From a virus (Duplodnaviria > Caudoviricetes), in IMG/VR virus record IMGVR_UViG_3300002900_000020, positions 750 to 64,749 of that record: 64,000 bases of DNA; one strand, given 5' to 3'. Below, in pieces: positions 8,698 to 18,300 of the stretch. Position 1 is the stretch's first letter. Each line of letters starts with the position of its first letter. The notes below the pieces were generated by a model. The model saw only the letters and a program-made list of their open reading frames with translations. It was not told the origin of the DNA and did not search any database. The translations under genes and the position numbers were made by a program.

Positions 8698-11574
8698 TTA
8701 CAGGTACTTAGTCCTTTTCTGTACTTCAATGGTTATAGTCCTGGCAGTTTCGCCATCCTGATACTTAATTGTATTAGCCCCCGGCAGGAGCGCAAAAAAA
8801 GCACCGTTTATGAGGTGCAACACATTGGTTCCATTAAGTTTGGCAGTCATGGCCTTCATATCAATGACCAACTCATCCCCTGGGGCCAGAGTACCGGTGA
8901 AGGTTATAGCCTTGGAGTCCGGGGCGACTGAGGTGGTACCCAGGATATCGTAGGTGGTGTTGATAGGGATTTTGATGGAGTGCTCGTTAATAACTTCATA
9001 GGTGGTATTGATGGGTACCTTGACAGAGTATTCGTTAACTACCGTGTATTCGGTGTTAATCTGTTCTTTGATGGAATAGAGGTGAATTATTTCATACTGG
9101 GTTTCGATTACTTCCCTGATTCGGTCGGAGCCGGTGAGGGGCCGGGAAGTATATGGGGTAGAGCCGCAAGCGAAGCCGCCCATGACTACGTGATTGCCCA
9201 CGACTTGAGGAGATACTATACTGAGGTTTGCCGTACCGGTTATCCCACCATAGGATGCTGTTACAGTAACTGCTCCATCAAATAAGCCTGTGACAGTAGC
9301 GGTGCCATCCAGATTATCGTTGATGCTGGCAATGCTAGGGTTAGAAACAGTCCAAGCAAATGGTACCGTGACATGGTTACCGTTGATATCCTTTGCGATT
9401 GCGGTAAATGTTTGGGTTCTATCAGGCGATATATTGGCCGTTGAAGGGATTAAAGTTATAGTGAAAATCGCCACAGTAGAAGATTGGTTACCCAGGCTGT
9501 CACTAACCGTTAGTATGGTACTATATGTACCGCTTGAAACAACTGCTCCAGCGTCATTCCTTCCATCCCATGTCATTGAAGATGCTCCGACAGGCTGCTG
9601 GGAAGTTATGGTTCTTACCAAAACTTTATTGTTATCGTATATTCTCAGGGTTGACTCTAAAGCTACCTCGAAAGAATCCTGGGTAGTATAGTTAATTGTT
9701 ACTGGTGTTCCAGAATATTGAATCGTTGCCGGAAAGCCAGATATAGTCGGAGCTGCTTTGGGAAGGTTTGTGGTTTTTGTAGTAGCCGGACTAGGATGGT
9801 TGTGCGTTACAGATAAATTAGATACAGTAGCGTGGACATTCTCGAAGGTAATTTTATAATGCGTAGGGGTAAAGGTATACTTAATCGTCATCAGCCTGGT
9901 TGTATCTGTGCTGTCGTATACGTCCCAGGCCATCACCAGGGTTTCGCCAGCAACTTGTTTGGTCGGTTCGTGAATATTAAGCTGACCCTGGCCAGTTTGT
10001 GCTCCTGCCAGTCTATAGGTTGTTCCACCAGCAGTAAAGGTAATATCTTTGACTGGATTAGTATTAGTTCTACGGTACATGCCAGGAATTGACCAATCAT
10101 TAGATAATCCAGCAGGTTCGTCTATTATCACGTCGTACCCTGCATATTGAATAAGCTTGATATAACCATCTAACCCCGTTTTATGCCGTAAGATAGAATG
10201 ATAATATTGGGATTCATAGCGTAGCCCTTTTTGGTCTGACTGCCCTTCCTGATCATTGTAATCGAAGTGAGCATATACCGGCATGGGGTTGGAGTTAGTT
10301 ACCACCGTTTCTAAGTAAGTGCCCAATTCAGAAACGGAATAAAAATCAAGTAAATAACCGTAGCGATCTTTCATCCATAGCATTAGCTGTTTGTCCAAAT
10401 GCCACATTTCAGTATCGCCATTCGGAAGTATTATCCCTGACCTAGCATTAACTTCTTTGAACATCCAGTAGGGGTCGATATAGCACGGAAGGAAATAATA
10501 GTCATTAAAAGTGATTGACTGAGAATCCTCCATCAGCATACGGATAGTATTCTGCTGTGCAAAATAGTTATTTGTGCTGTCTACTATCCCCAACCCTGTA
10601 ACATCGCTCTTTCCTACTATGTCCGGTTCTGGATTCATTCGATACGGCCCCCACTGCAAAGGGGTTAATCCTGCTATGATGTTTTGAGTATTTGCGGGAT
10701 TGCCGTTACCTGGGACATTAGAATGTCGCTTGGAAGGCTTGTAAAACTGAAAAGGGATACCTAAAGAGCCATTATTATCCACAGAGTTCCCTTGCTCCCT
10801 GGTTCCGCCCGGAGCTAATTTATAACCTAAAGACACCGCTTTTTCTATTAAATCATTATTATATTGCCATGCTACACTGGCAACAGGGTATTTCCCAAAA
10901 ACTTCAAAACATTTATCGTGGCACTCTTGTATCCGTTGTATCTCTGAGGTTATACCTTCGCTCCATGAAGGATTAACAGGAAACCACGCATAGTGAGGTA
11001 GGGTTACTATGTCATAACCATAACTGGTAACTAAGGTCTTTAAATAATTTAAAATATTCAATGGTTCGCCACTTGTGGCAAAAAGAATTTGTCTACTTAC
11101 ATAAAGGGTGATTTTGGTTGTAAAATTAGCCCTAATCCAATCATGTAGCGTCTGAATTTGCGCTTGCGTAGGATTAGAGGCGGTCATGTGGTCAGTGCTA
11201 GTACAAATAAGATTAACAATTACCTTACCTCTTATAGTTCCACCTGTATAGGGTGTATCTATTAATGTTGTGGTGTTTGTAACAGACCCGCTGGATTCTC
11301 CTTCTGCGTTATATGCAGTTACCTTATACCAATACTGTTTGTTTCGTTCCAAGCCAATAAAACCGGGGTAAGAACGATAACTGTCTAATTGGGTACTAGC
11401 CGGTCTTCTATCCTCATAACTGGTCGTGGTAATCGTTGCTATTTGAGTGTAGTTAGAGCCATCTTCTGACCTGTAAATCTTGTATCCAAGGGAGCCGCTT
11501 ATAGCTCCCCATGATAGGCTTACTTTATTCACGCCAGGAGTGATGTTTACTATTGGGTTACCAGGTATTGCCAT
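8698..11574 (-). CDS. Multidomain virion protein: FN3, polysaccharide-deacetylase/NodB-like barrel, FlgD-Ig, Big_2, and C-terminal Dit half-domain
   Basis: VSLSWGAISGSLGYKIYRS (FN3); MTWDGRNDAGAVVSSGTY (FlgD); end TFTGTLAPGDELVIDM...LLPGANTIKY...RTKYL matches Dit C-termini. Confidence 0.7.
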   Translation of the reverse strand: MAIPGNPIVNITPGVNKVSLSWGAISGSLGYKIYRSEDGSNYTQIATITTTSYEDRRPASTQLDSYRSYPGFIGLERNKQYWYKVTAYNAEGESSGSVTNTTTLIDTPYTGGTIRGKVIVNLICTSTDHMTASNPTQAQIQTLHDWIRANFTTKITLYVSRQILFATSGEPLNILNYLKTLVTSYGYDIVTLPHYAWFPVNPSWSEGITSEIQRIQECHDKCFEVFGKYPVASVAWQYNNDLIEKAVSLGYKLAPGGTREQGNSVDNNGSLGIPFQFYKPSKRHSNVPGNGNPANTQNIIAGLTPLQWGPYRMNPEPDIVGKSDVTGLGIVDSTNNYFAQQNTIRMLMEDSQSITFNDYYFLPCYIDPYWMFKEVNARSGIILPNGDTEMWHLDKQLMLWMKDRYGYLLDFYSVSELGTYLETVVTNSNPMPVYAHFDYNDQEGQSDQKGLRYESQYYHSILRHKTGLDGYIKLIQYAGYDVIIDEPAGLSNDWSIPGMYRRTNTNPVKDITFTAGGTTYRLAGAQTGQGQLNIHEPTKQVAGETLVMAWDVYDSTDTTRLMTIKYTFTPTHYKITFENVHATVSNLSVTHNHPSPATTKTTNLPKAAPTISGFPATIQYSGTPVTINYTTQDSFEVALESTLRIYDNNKVLVRTITSQQPVGASSMTWDGRNDAGAVVSSGTYSTILTVSDSLGNQSSTVAIFTITLIPSTANISPDRTQTFTAIAKDINGNHVTVPFAWTVSNPSIASINDNLDGTATVTGLFDGAVTVTASYGGITGTANLSIVSPQVVGNHVVMGGFACGSTPYTSRPLTGSDRIREVIETQYEIIHLYSIKEQINTEYTVVNEYSVKVPINTTYEVINEHSIKIPINTTYDILGTTSVAPDSKAITFTGTLAPGDELVIDMKAMTAKLNGTNVLHLINGAFFALLPGANTIKYQDGETARTITIEVQKRTKYL
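8939..9108 (-). repeat. About 3.5 tandem 48-nt (16-aa) repeats, INTxYxVINExSIKxP
   Basis: IETQYEIIHLYSIKEQ / INTEYTVVNEYSVKVP / INTTYEVINEHSIKIP / INTTYDILG. Confidence 0.85.
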
Positions 11575-11586
11575 AATATCACTCCT

Positions 11587-14409
11587 TTACGCTACAGTGA
11601 TGGTATCAAAAGAGTTGGTTTGCTGTGTAGTGGTGGCTACGTTGAAGTTCACGCCCAAATAGAAGCCCGAACTTATATCTAGCCCATGTGCCTGTGTTGT
11701 TACAGTAGTTACGCCGTCTTTAACCACAAAATTAGTTGCCGTCACTTCTATCGTAAATGTCTTAGTTCCCGTCTTATAGGCGGCTGTTGTGGTATCCTGG
11801 AAGAGTACTGTTCTTGTTCCAGCATTTTTCTTAATTACAAACAACCCATTGTTTAAAGTGAGTTTTACAAAATTAGTCATATCCTCTGCGTTCCCTGTCC
11901 AAGTTGTTGGAGCAATACAGATTTCCATACCACATTGGTTTATGCCCGGAAGCCCTTCCAACGTAGCGTTAATAGTTCTGCCAGCTCCTAAAGATATAGC
12001 TGTTTTAGTGACTATTCCCTTGCCGTTCCAGCTATTATTGGCCGTAGAAGCCATAACAGCCGTTAATTTATTGTTCTGTATATCAAAAGTTGAACCTGCG
12101 GTCAATGTGGTTCCGTAGGAAGTGTTATTCCACTTGGTTGCATCAGGAGCCGAACCGTTGGCCGCTGTGAAGTATTCTTCAAACACATAACTGGTAACTG
12201 TAAATGCTTGCGCAACACTCCATCCACCCCAGCCTCCTTGTGGATCATAAGCCCTAATCCAATATTTATAATCGCCAGCCCCCAAGGTTGCAGTAATGGC
12301 TTCTGTAATTGCGCCGCCATCGGCAATGTTTTTGCCCGTTCTCAACACTTTGGTGGCGCTGGCATCGTCCGGATTTGATACTGCGCTGGCCGCATAGCTG
12401 ATTTCTACCTGGGTAACGTTTGGGCCGTCCGCGTTGCTCACGGTACCGTTGGCCGTAAAACCAGAGGTGCTTATATTAGTGGCTGCTGCAACGGTTACGG
12501 TTGGGGCGTTATTGGTAGGCACAGTCACCAACTTAGCCGCACCCCAGGAACCGGCCCCGCTCGTGCTGGAAACAGCCCGTACATAAACATTGAAACTTGT
12601 CCCTATGGCATGATTGGCCGTTACTGCATACCCGGCATTCATCTGAGCAGAGGTTACCCCCGTGGCCACAATATTACCGGTGGTCCCATCAGCTATATCA
12701 AAGGTGATAGTGGCAGCAGGGTTGTCAGGGTCAGTGGGCTGGTTGGCGGTGGCCAGCTGAACAGTATAGCCGGTGGTGGAAATGCCGGTTATATTAATAA
12801 GAGCAGCATCAGGAGCCGACGGAATAGCGTCAATTACGCCGGAAGTTTGGAATGCCACAATATTGGAATCCACAGTCTGTCCGGCGGTGTCTCGTGTTCT
12901 AACAGTTATCTCATAATTGGTACTGGTATTCAGCCCTGTTACAGTCCTCGGGAACGCCGTCAGGCCACTCTGGCCGGTCACCAGGGTAAAAGCCCCTCCC
13001 TGAGTAACATTCCTGATATAGATGTCATAGACAACCGCACCCTCAAAGTCAGAACCGGGGGTAACCATATTGACATCGCATCTGTCCCCACCGACATTGG
13101 TCACGCTAATAGTTGCCGCCGTCGGCAGCATATCAGAAGCACAGCTAAAGGCGCTGGTGAAGGTGGCAGCCATCACGGTACCCACAATGTTTTCGCTGGG
13201 CAGTAACTCTACATAGAAGGGGCTGGTGGCAATGGCCAGGGCCGTGGTGTTTTCAGTTGGCAAGGCCGCTCCCGCCGCTAAGGCAACAGATTGGCTGTAA
13301 GTCCCGCCAGTTGTGTTAATTGTACCTTGCTTGGTTTCTGAACCAGAAACTGTGCCAATGTAAACGTCCGCAGCCGTTACATTCGTCGGGAAAGCCGGAA
13401 CCTGTACAGTCAACCTCTGACCGGCAGCAATTGTCACCGAAGCCCTGGTAGCGCAGGGAAGAGTCTGCCCGGCGGCAGTTACCCAAACATAGGTCACAAA
13501 ATATGTTCCGGCCGGCAGAGTAGAATAAGGGGTTGCGTCTGTTACAGCGGCAGCGGTAGCCGCAGTTGATGGGTCAGCTATTGCAGTCGGGGTGAATAGC
13601 ACCTCCCGGATCTTCGTGCTGGAGGAAGCCACCGCCTGGCCGTTCTTGTCCCTAAATTCAAAAGTCCCCAATAGGGCCGCCCCGTTTTTGTTCTTGACTG
13701 TCAGCCGGGTTAACAAATCGTCACCGTTCATATTCTGATTAAACTTAATCGACACCACCGAAGCCTTATTGACATTAACCGCATTGGCCGCAGGGGTTAT
13801 CTGGGTCACCACCGGCACTGTCCCTGATGTAACAATATCCTCGAACTTAATCCAGTTAGTCCCGTTGGAATAATAGCGTACCCCGGCCACGTAAGCATCC
13901 GCTCCGGCATACTGGGCCGGTGGATATGTCGAGTTCAACAAATCCAGGGTAGTTGCTGTCAACTTAATCTGCAGCTTAGAATTCGCTTCCAGGGCATCAA
14001 AAAACGCCTTAGCTACCGTACGAATTGCCTTCACGGCCTCATATGCGTCAATAACATGTTTGGCCCTGTTTTGGGTACCCCAGTTCTGATATTCTAACTT
14101 AGTGACCTGTTTCCCGGCCTCTGTGGTAGCGAATCTCACCCGACTAGCGGCATAGTTGACAAAAAAGGTATTGCCAACCAGGTTGGCCATGTCGGTAACT
14201 TCGCTGTACTGAATACCATTCACGAAAACCGTTACCGTAGTCGGAACGGTGCTGGAAGGTTCCCGGGCCGCCATACTTAGGTCGATTACCCCATTGGCCG
14301 GTATGGTTATTGCCCCGCCTCTTAAGGCCACTTCATCGCTGGTCTGGGGAGCATCCAGCATGTCGGTGAATGCCGTCGGTAACGCTACAATCTTATCATC
14401 CCATGGCAT
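11587..14409 (-). CDS. Large Thr/Ala-rich Ig-like/FN3 virion protein, possibly ending in a lectin-like domain
   Basis: VTQITPAANAVNVNKASVVSIKFNQNM (SbsA Ig-like); TVTGLNTSTNYEITVRTRD (FN3). Confidence 0.7.
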   Translation of the reverse strand: MPWDDKIVALPTAFTDMLDAPQTSDEVALRGGAITIPANGVIDLSMAAREPSSTVPTTVTVFVNGIQYSEVTDMANLVGNTFFVNYAASRVRFATTEAGKQVTKLEYQNWGTQNRAKHVIDAYEAVKAIRTVAKAFFDALEANSKLQIKLTATTLDLLNSTYPPAQYAGADAYVAGVRYYSNGTNWIKFEDIVTSGTVPVVTQITPAANAVNVNKASVVSIKFNQNMNGDDLLTRLTVKNKNGAALLGTFEFRDKNGQAVASSSTKIREVLFTPTAIADPSTAATAAAVTDATPYSTLPAGTYFVTYVWVTAAGQTLPCATRASVTIAAGQRLTVQVPAFPTNVTAADVYIGTVSGSETKQGTINTTGGTYSQSVALAAGAALPTENTTALAIATSPFYVELLPSENIVGTVMAATFTSAFSCASDMLPTAATISVTNVGGDRCDVNMVTPGSDFEGAVVYDIYIRNVTQGGAFTLVTGQSGLTAFPRTVTGLNTSTNYEITVRTRDTAGQTVDSNIVAFQTSGVIDAIPSAPDAALINITGISTTGYTVQLATANQPTDPDNPAATITFDIADGTTGNIVATGVTSAQMNAGYAVTANHAIGTSFNVYVRAVSSTSGAGSWGAAKLVTVPTNNAPTVTVAAATNISTSGFTANGTVSNADGPNVTQVEISYAASAVSNPDDASATKVLRTGKNIADGGAITEAITATLGAGDYKYWIRAYDPQGGWGGWSVAQAFTVTSYVFEEYFTAANGSAPDATKWNNTSYGTTLTAGSTFDIQNNKLTAVMASTANNSWNGKGIVTKTAISLGAGRTINATLEGLPGINQCGMEICIAPTTWTGNAEDMTNFVKLTLNNGLFVIKKNAGTRTVLFQDTTTAAYKTGTKTFTIEVTATNFVVKDGVTTVTTQAHGLDISSGFYLGVNFNVATTTQQTNSFDTITVA

Positions 14410-14424
14410 TTATAACCCCTCCTT

Positions 14425-14793
14425 TTAGTAGTTATAAACTTCGAAATTGAAAGCCAGTCCCGCTGCCACCAAGGCTCCTAATGGAATGTCCAACTTTACA
14501 AACCAAGATGCCGCTTGTGTTGGTTCAACATTCCCCAGGGTTAATGGTGTTCCGTCCGTCACCCATGAAGTCCCGTTCAAAGATAGGCTGCCATAACCCC
14601 TTCCATCTGAGGTTTCTCGAACCATAAGACTTTTTGCCGTCTTATCTCCCGTGTTCCTGACCCGAAATTGTAACTGGTGAACTTCTTCAGATAACTGGCC
14701 CCAGTTATAAGTCCAAGCATTACCTACTTTAGTGACCGGGTTCCATGTCGTAGTTGTAGGATTATAAACCTCTACAGTTATTGCCGCTGCCAA
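14425..14793 (-). CDS. Small beta-rich tail-module protein
   Basis: 122 aa; AAGGAGG RBS with TTG start; Ig-like composition. Confidence 0.65.
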   Translation of the reverse strand: MAAAITVEVYNPTTTTWNPVTKVGNAWTYNWGQLSEEVHQLQFRVRNTGDKTAKSLMVRETSDGRGYGSLSLNGTSWVTDGTPLTLGNVEPTQAASWFVKLDIPLGALVAAGLAFNFEVYNY

Positions 14794-14807
14794 TCAAATC
14801 CACCTCC

Positions 14808-15356
14808 TTAAGGCGTATTAACCCTTGTGATAGTGATATTGCTTACCGGCGTTGTACCGGAATTAACGATACGAATAACCGGATACTCCTCCGGGTTCCG
14901 GGCCTCCATCTGAATGTTCTGGGTCTGTTCGTTTGCCGTAACCGACCACGATACCGCTTCAGCCAGGTTGGAATAAAAGTACGGATCTGAGCATACAAAC
15001 GGCAGAGTAAATTTCCCTGCCGTAACTAATTGTTCTAATGGGATACTGCCGGAATACCGTGCCATGCAGTATTTGTCCGGGTCCTCATCCAGGATTAACT
15101 TGCGTTCACCTTTCTTGGGATTCAACCAGGCCGCTATCTGGGTTTTCTTGAGCAGAAAATCTGCACGGCTGTTACCCTTGACTATGCACTCGATTTCAAT
15201 GGTACGCTTATCGAACTCACTGCCAAAGTACCAGACCCCGTCCCGGCCAGGGACACTCTCCTCCCGGTCTCTGGTGGAGGGTGCCAGGCTTGGCATAGCC
15301 CGGGCCTTAATTCCATAGGTTGAACTATGCACCCCATCAAAAGTAAACCCGCCCAT
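14808..15356 (-). CDS. Distal tail protein (Dit), N-terminal part only
   Basis: FTFDGVHS...VPGRDG...LILDEDPDKY...FVCSDPYFY; directly after the TMP; stops before the usual C-terminal ~70 aa. Confidence 0.85.
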   Translation of the reverse strand: MGGFTFDGVHSSTYGIKARAMPSLAPSTRDREESVPGRDGVWYFGSEFDKRTIEIECIVKGNSRADFLLKKTQIAAWLNPKKGERKLILDEDPDKYCMARYSGSIPLEQLVTAGKFTLPFVCSDPYFYSNLAEAVSWSVTANEQTQNIQMEARNPEEYPVIRIVNSGTTPVSNITITRVNTP

Positions 15357-15357
15357 A

Positions 15358-18300
15358 TCACCGCCCCCTCACTCTACCGATTGATCTAGCGGACTTCCAC
15401 AACTGGCGGCCGGTTGTATCTACATCCAAGTCGCCTTCCAGTACCGTTTTTTCGGAATTAAAAAGAGGCCCATTCAGTTGTACTGTGGTGCCTCCTAATC
15501 CTTTTAAGGATGGAATTTTAGCAAGCATCGAAGTTAACTCATCAAATTTAGTGGTCATTATCGGAGAGAGGACCCGTTCATCCTTTCGCAACAGGGCTAT
15601 CCCTTCGCTAGTAGCTAATGCGCCGGTATGAGCCTTGGGCAGTATGTCAAAAGACCAAGTATCAGCATACCATTTAAGCCCGTAGCCAAGGGCTTCCACC
15701 ACGTCCCTGACGTACACCCAACTGGTCCCTTTAATTTCCTTGGCTGGCTTAAATCTACGGCCACCAATAATGACCTCCTGGGTCTTATTATCCCAATCCA
15801 CGGATTCACCTAGAATACTGGCCAGTTCCCGTGATTTCATGATAGCTCGGTCATTCATCATTTCATACTGGCCCTGGTAGATGGTGGTAATAGGGGTCTG
15901 GGTTACAGCATCTATTTCATCCTCGATGGTGTTTTGGCTTGGCGCTGCTTGGTTTTGGTTCTCCTGCTTGGCAGAGTCAATAATTTCCTGTACCTTGGTG
16001 AAATCGCCGGACTCTAAGCCCCTAATTAGTTCGTCAATCAGGGATTTACCGGTCTCGAACCATTCCGGTTTAGTGGCAGAAATTGCTGCAATGGTATCAA
16101 GGATTCCAGTTTCGGCAACCTCTTTAACTTTTTCATAATGCTCTTCAAGTTTCCGCCTTTCCTCTTCGGCGGCTTCCTTGACATCATCAATCTGCTTTTC
16201 AAGGTTTTCCTTTTTATCTTCCCTGGCCCAGTCCTCCTGCTGTTCCTGCCACCGGCGCTTTTCTTCAGCTATCTTTTTATCAATTTCCTTTATGGCATCT
16301 TGGTGCTCTTTACCGGTCCGAAGCTCGTGGTAACGCCTTTCCTCTTGAAGTTCAGCTAACCTCTTATTGTACTCTTCTTCGGCATCGGCTCGCTCGTCAA
16401 ACTTCTCCTCTTCGTCCAGTTTGGCAATTTCATCTTCCAGGCCTTTAATCTTGTCCTTAGCCTCCTGGTCGATTTTATCCATCATGTCTTTGTATTTCTT
16501 CTCGACCTCTTTAAAAGACTGATCTAGGAGTTTGCCCCTCAGTTTGACGATATCCTGGTCGATTTCCAATATTTCATCAGTTGTCAGCTGATAGACCTTT
16601 TTTAATCTGGAAAGGTATTCGATCTGCTGCTCCAGAGAGATCCTGCCCAGTTCGCCTTCCTTGCGGATCAACTCCCTAAGCTTAGCCACTCTCTCCTGGG
16701 TAACCTTTGCATAGGCCCGACCGGCGTCAACTATGGCCGACTGATTTTCCCACCAGGCCGCGGAGTTCCGCTGAATATCAACAGTGAGTTTATTCTTTAC
16801 CTCAGTCAGTTCCTGGAGTGATTGATTATAGGTATCTGTGTTGATATAGCCGGCCTTGTACAACCGGTTTAATTCACTGATTTCCCAGTTAACCTTCCCT
16901 AAAACTTCCCTGTTTTTGTTATTCAGGGCGTGCAGTTCATTCTGCTGCCGGGTATAGACAGCTACCTGCTGGGCCAAATTCTTTTGGAGCAGGTCATACT
17001 GCTGAGTTTTTTCGTATAGCTGTTCCCTGACCTTAAGCTGTTCCAACTCGGCCTGGGTAGCTTTAACAGTTGCCTGGTAGGATTCAAGGGAACTTTCATA
17101 GCCCTTGGCCTTTGTTTTGTACCGGTCGATGAAGGCTTTGGCCCGCTTGTCGTAATCATCCTCATTTTCATAGCCGGTGTGGTCAAAGATGCTGCCTTTG
17201 GGCTTTTCTCCTTTTAGACCAGCCAACCACTTCTCCGGATCTACGTACTTGCCGTTAATCTTTACCCGGAAATCCAAATGTTCGCCCTTACTGTTACCGG
17301 CCCCCCAGGTGCCGGGCTTACCCCCTGACAGGCCGATGATGTCACCGGCCTTAACTGCAGTGCCTACCTTGGCATCAGGCAGTTTGGAAAGATGAACATA
17401 GGTAACTTCTTCTCCGGAGGTAAGCTTTATAGTTACAAAGGCGTTACCCTTTGAATCTTTGCCCTTGGCGGTGATGACACCGTCTCCTACCGCCTCCAGT
17501 TCAGTTCCTTGCTTCATGGCAATATCCAGGCCCTTATGGGTATAGGAGCCTCTGTTTTCGCCGAATCTGGAGGTTATTCTGGCATCTTCCCAGGGGTTAT
17601 AGGCATTGGATGAACGGGGTGAAGCTTTGGCGCCAGTACCCTTGGTGCCGCCGGTATTAATGCCTGCTTGCTTTTTAACGTTTTCCTCAATCCGCTTTAT
17701 ATCTTCTTCCGTGTACCCTTTAAAAGCAAACCATTGCTCCCGGAGGCGTTTTAACTCCTGGTCGATTTCCATCAACCGGCGTTGGGCTTGTACGCTCCGA
17801 TCATTTTTTAACCTTTCTCTTTCTTGTAAAAGAGCGGATTCCTTGGCACTAAACTCCAGGGACTTCGATATGTTCTGGGCCTCCACGGATTTCTTATAGG
17901 CATCTGCGGTCTTGTAAAGCTGATCCTCAAGTATCTTAGCCTTCTTGGTTTCAGAATCGTAGGAGGCAAGCAGTTCTGGCTTAATCTTAAGTATCTGCTC
18001 AATGATTGACTTCATTTCCGCTTCTGCCTGGGCGCTCTTCTCAACCTGGGGCTTCAGCGCTTTGTATCTTTCAGCAAGTTCAGCAAGGTTCTTTTGCTGT
18101 TCTCGTTGTTGCTTTACTTCTCTTTCTTGAGCTTCTTCCAACTGGTCAATCGCTACTACAACGCCCAGAACTCCAGCCGCTACTCCGGCAAAAACACCAA
18201 CAGAACTGGTCGCCAAAACCCTAATTGCACCAGTGAGACCGATAGTAGCCTTTTCAACTTTTCCTACATTGGCCGCCAGGCTAATCATGCCGCTGGCTAT

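Noticed and set aside
12610-13206. 198-aa plus-strand ORF
   Set aside because: Antisense to the 940-aa tail protein; no supporting signals.
6437-14409. Diversity-generating retroelement targeting tail proteins
   Set aside because: No reverse transcriptase ORF and no TR/VR pair differing at adenines was seen.
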